A stretch of DNA of 64,000 bases, taken from the NCBI RefSeq assembly GCF_947568905.1, contig NC_079171.1, forward strand, positions 52,824,001-52,888,000, written 5' to 3'. The notes below the pieces were generated by a model, which was not told the DNA's origin, searched no databases, and was given only the letters and a program-made list of their open reading frames with translations. Source of the DNA: Ostrea edulis. Taxonomy: Eukaryota. The translations under genes were made by a program, and so were the position numbers. Positions 63,773 through 64,000 of this stretch are shown here, in pieces; within the stretch, counting starts at the first letter, position 1, and each line of letters starts with the position of its first letter.

Positions 63773-63990
63773 GTAGGTAGAATATTTCAAAGTCCTGCAC
63801 AACGAAATCATTGGGTAGGTAAAATATTTCAAAGTCCTGCACAACGAAATCATCGGGTAGGTAGAATATGTCAAAGTCCTGCACAATGAAATCATCGGGT
63901 ATTTCTCAATGAAATTGTCAGGTATGTAAAATATTTTGAAATCTTTCACATTGAAATCATTGGGTAATACTGTATGTAAAATATTTCGAG
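63747..63990. repeat. 42-bp array straddling the exon 28 donor
   Basis: AAAGT.CTGCACAACGAAATCATCGG|GTAGGTAGAATATTTC at 63747, 63789 and 63831. Confidence 0.9.
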
Positions 63991-64000
63991 GTTGATGATG

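Overview
AT-rich eukaryotic genomic DNA, most likely an ostreid oyster (Crassostrea/Magallana-like). The organism call is inferred from a Helentron-type element carrying ~166-bp satellite monomers, bivalve-type SINEs and a bivalve-type TLR. Layout: (1) 1-~8640, a complex higher-order satellite truncated by the window start. (2) ~8.6-19 kb, intergenic DNA rich in SINEs, MITEs and retrozyme-like copies, with weak candidate minus-strand exons. (3) 19228-21446 (-), a single-coding-exon Toll-like receptor broken by three frameshifts and a nonsense codon in TIR box 2; an intact minimal hammerhead ribozyme lies on its sense strand ~110 nt upstream of its splice acceptor. (4) 28605 to beyond the window end (+), CEP152 (asterless orthologue): 28 phase-consistent coding exons, about 2035 codons in the window, with a His-rich N-terminal insert and a Trp-periodic 19/15-residue helical region. 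The most striking pattern is that about 12 of the 28 CEP152 donor sites, and one acceptor, seed intronic tandem arrays whose unit straddles the exon-intron junction, and the extra copies often lack the GT or AG. Family names for repeats come from structural features and recollection, not database searches.
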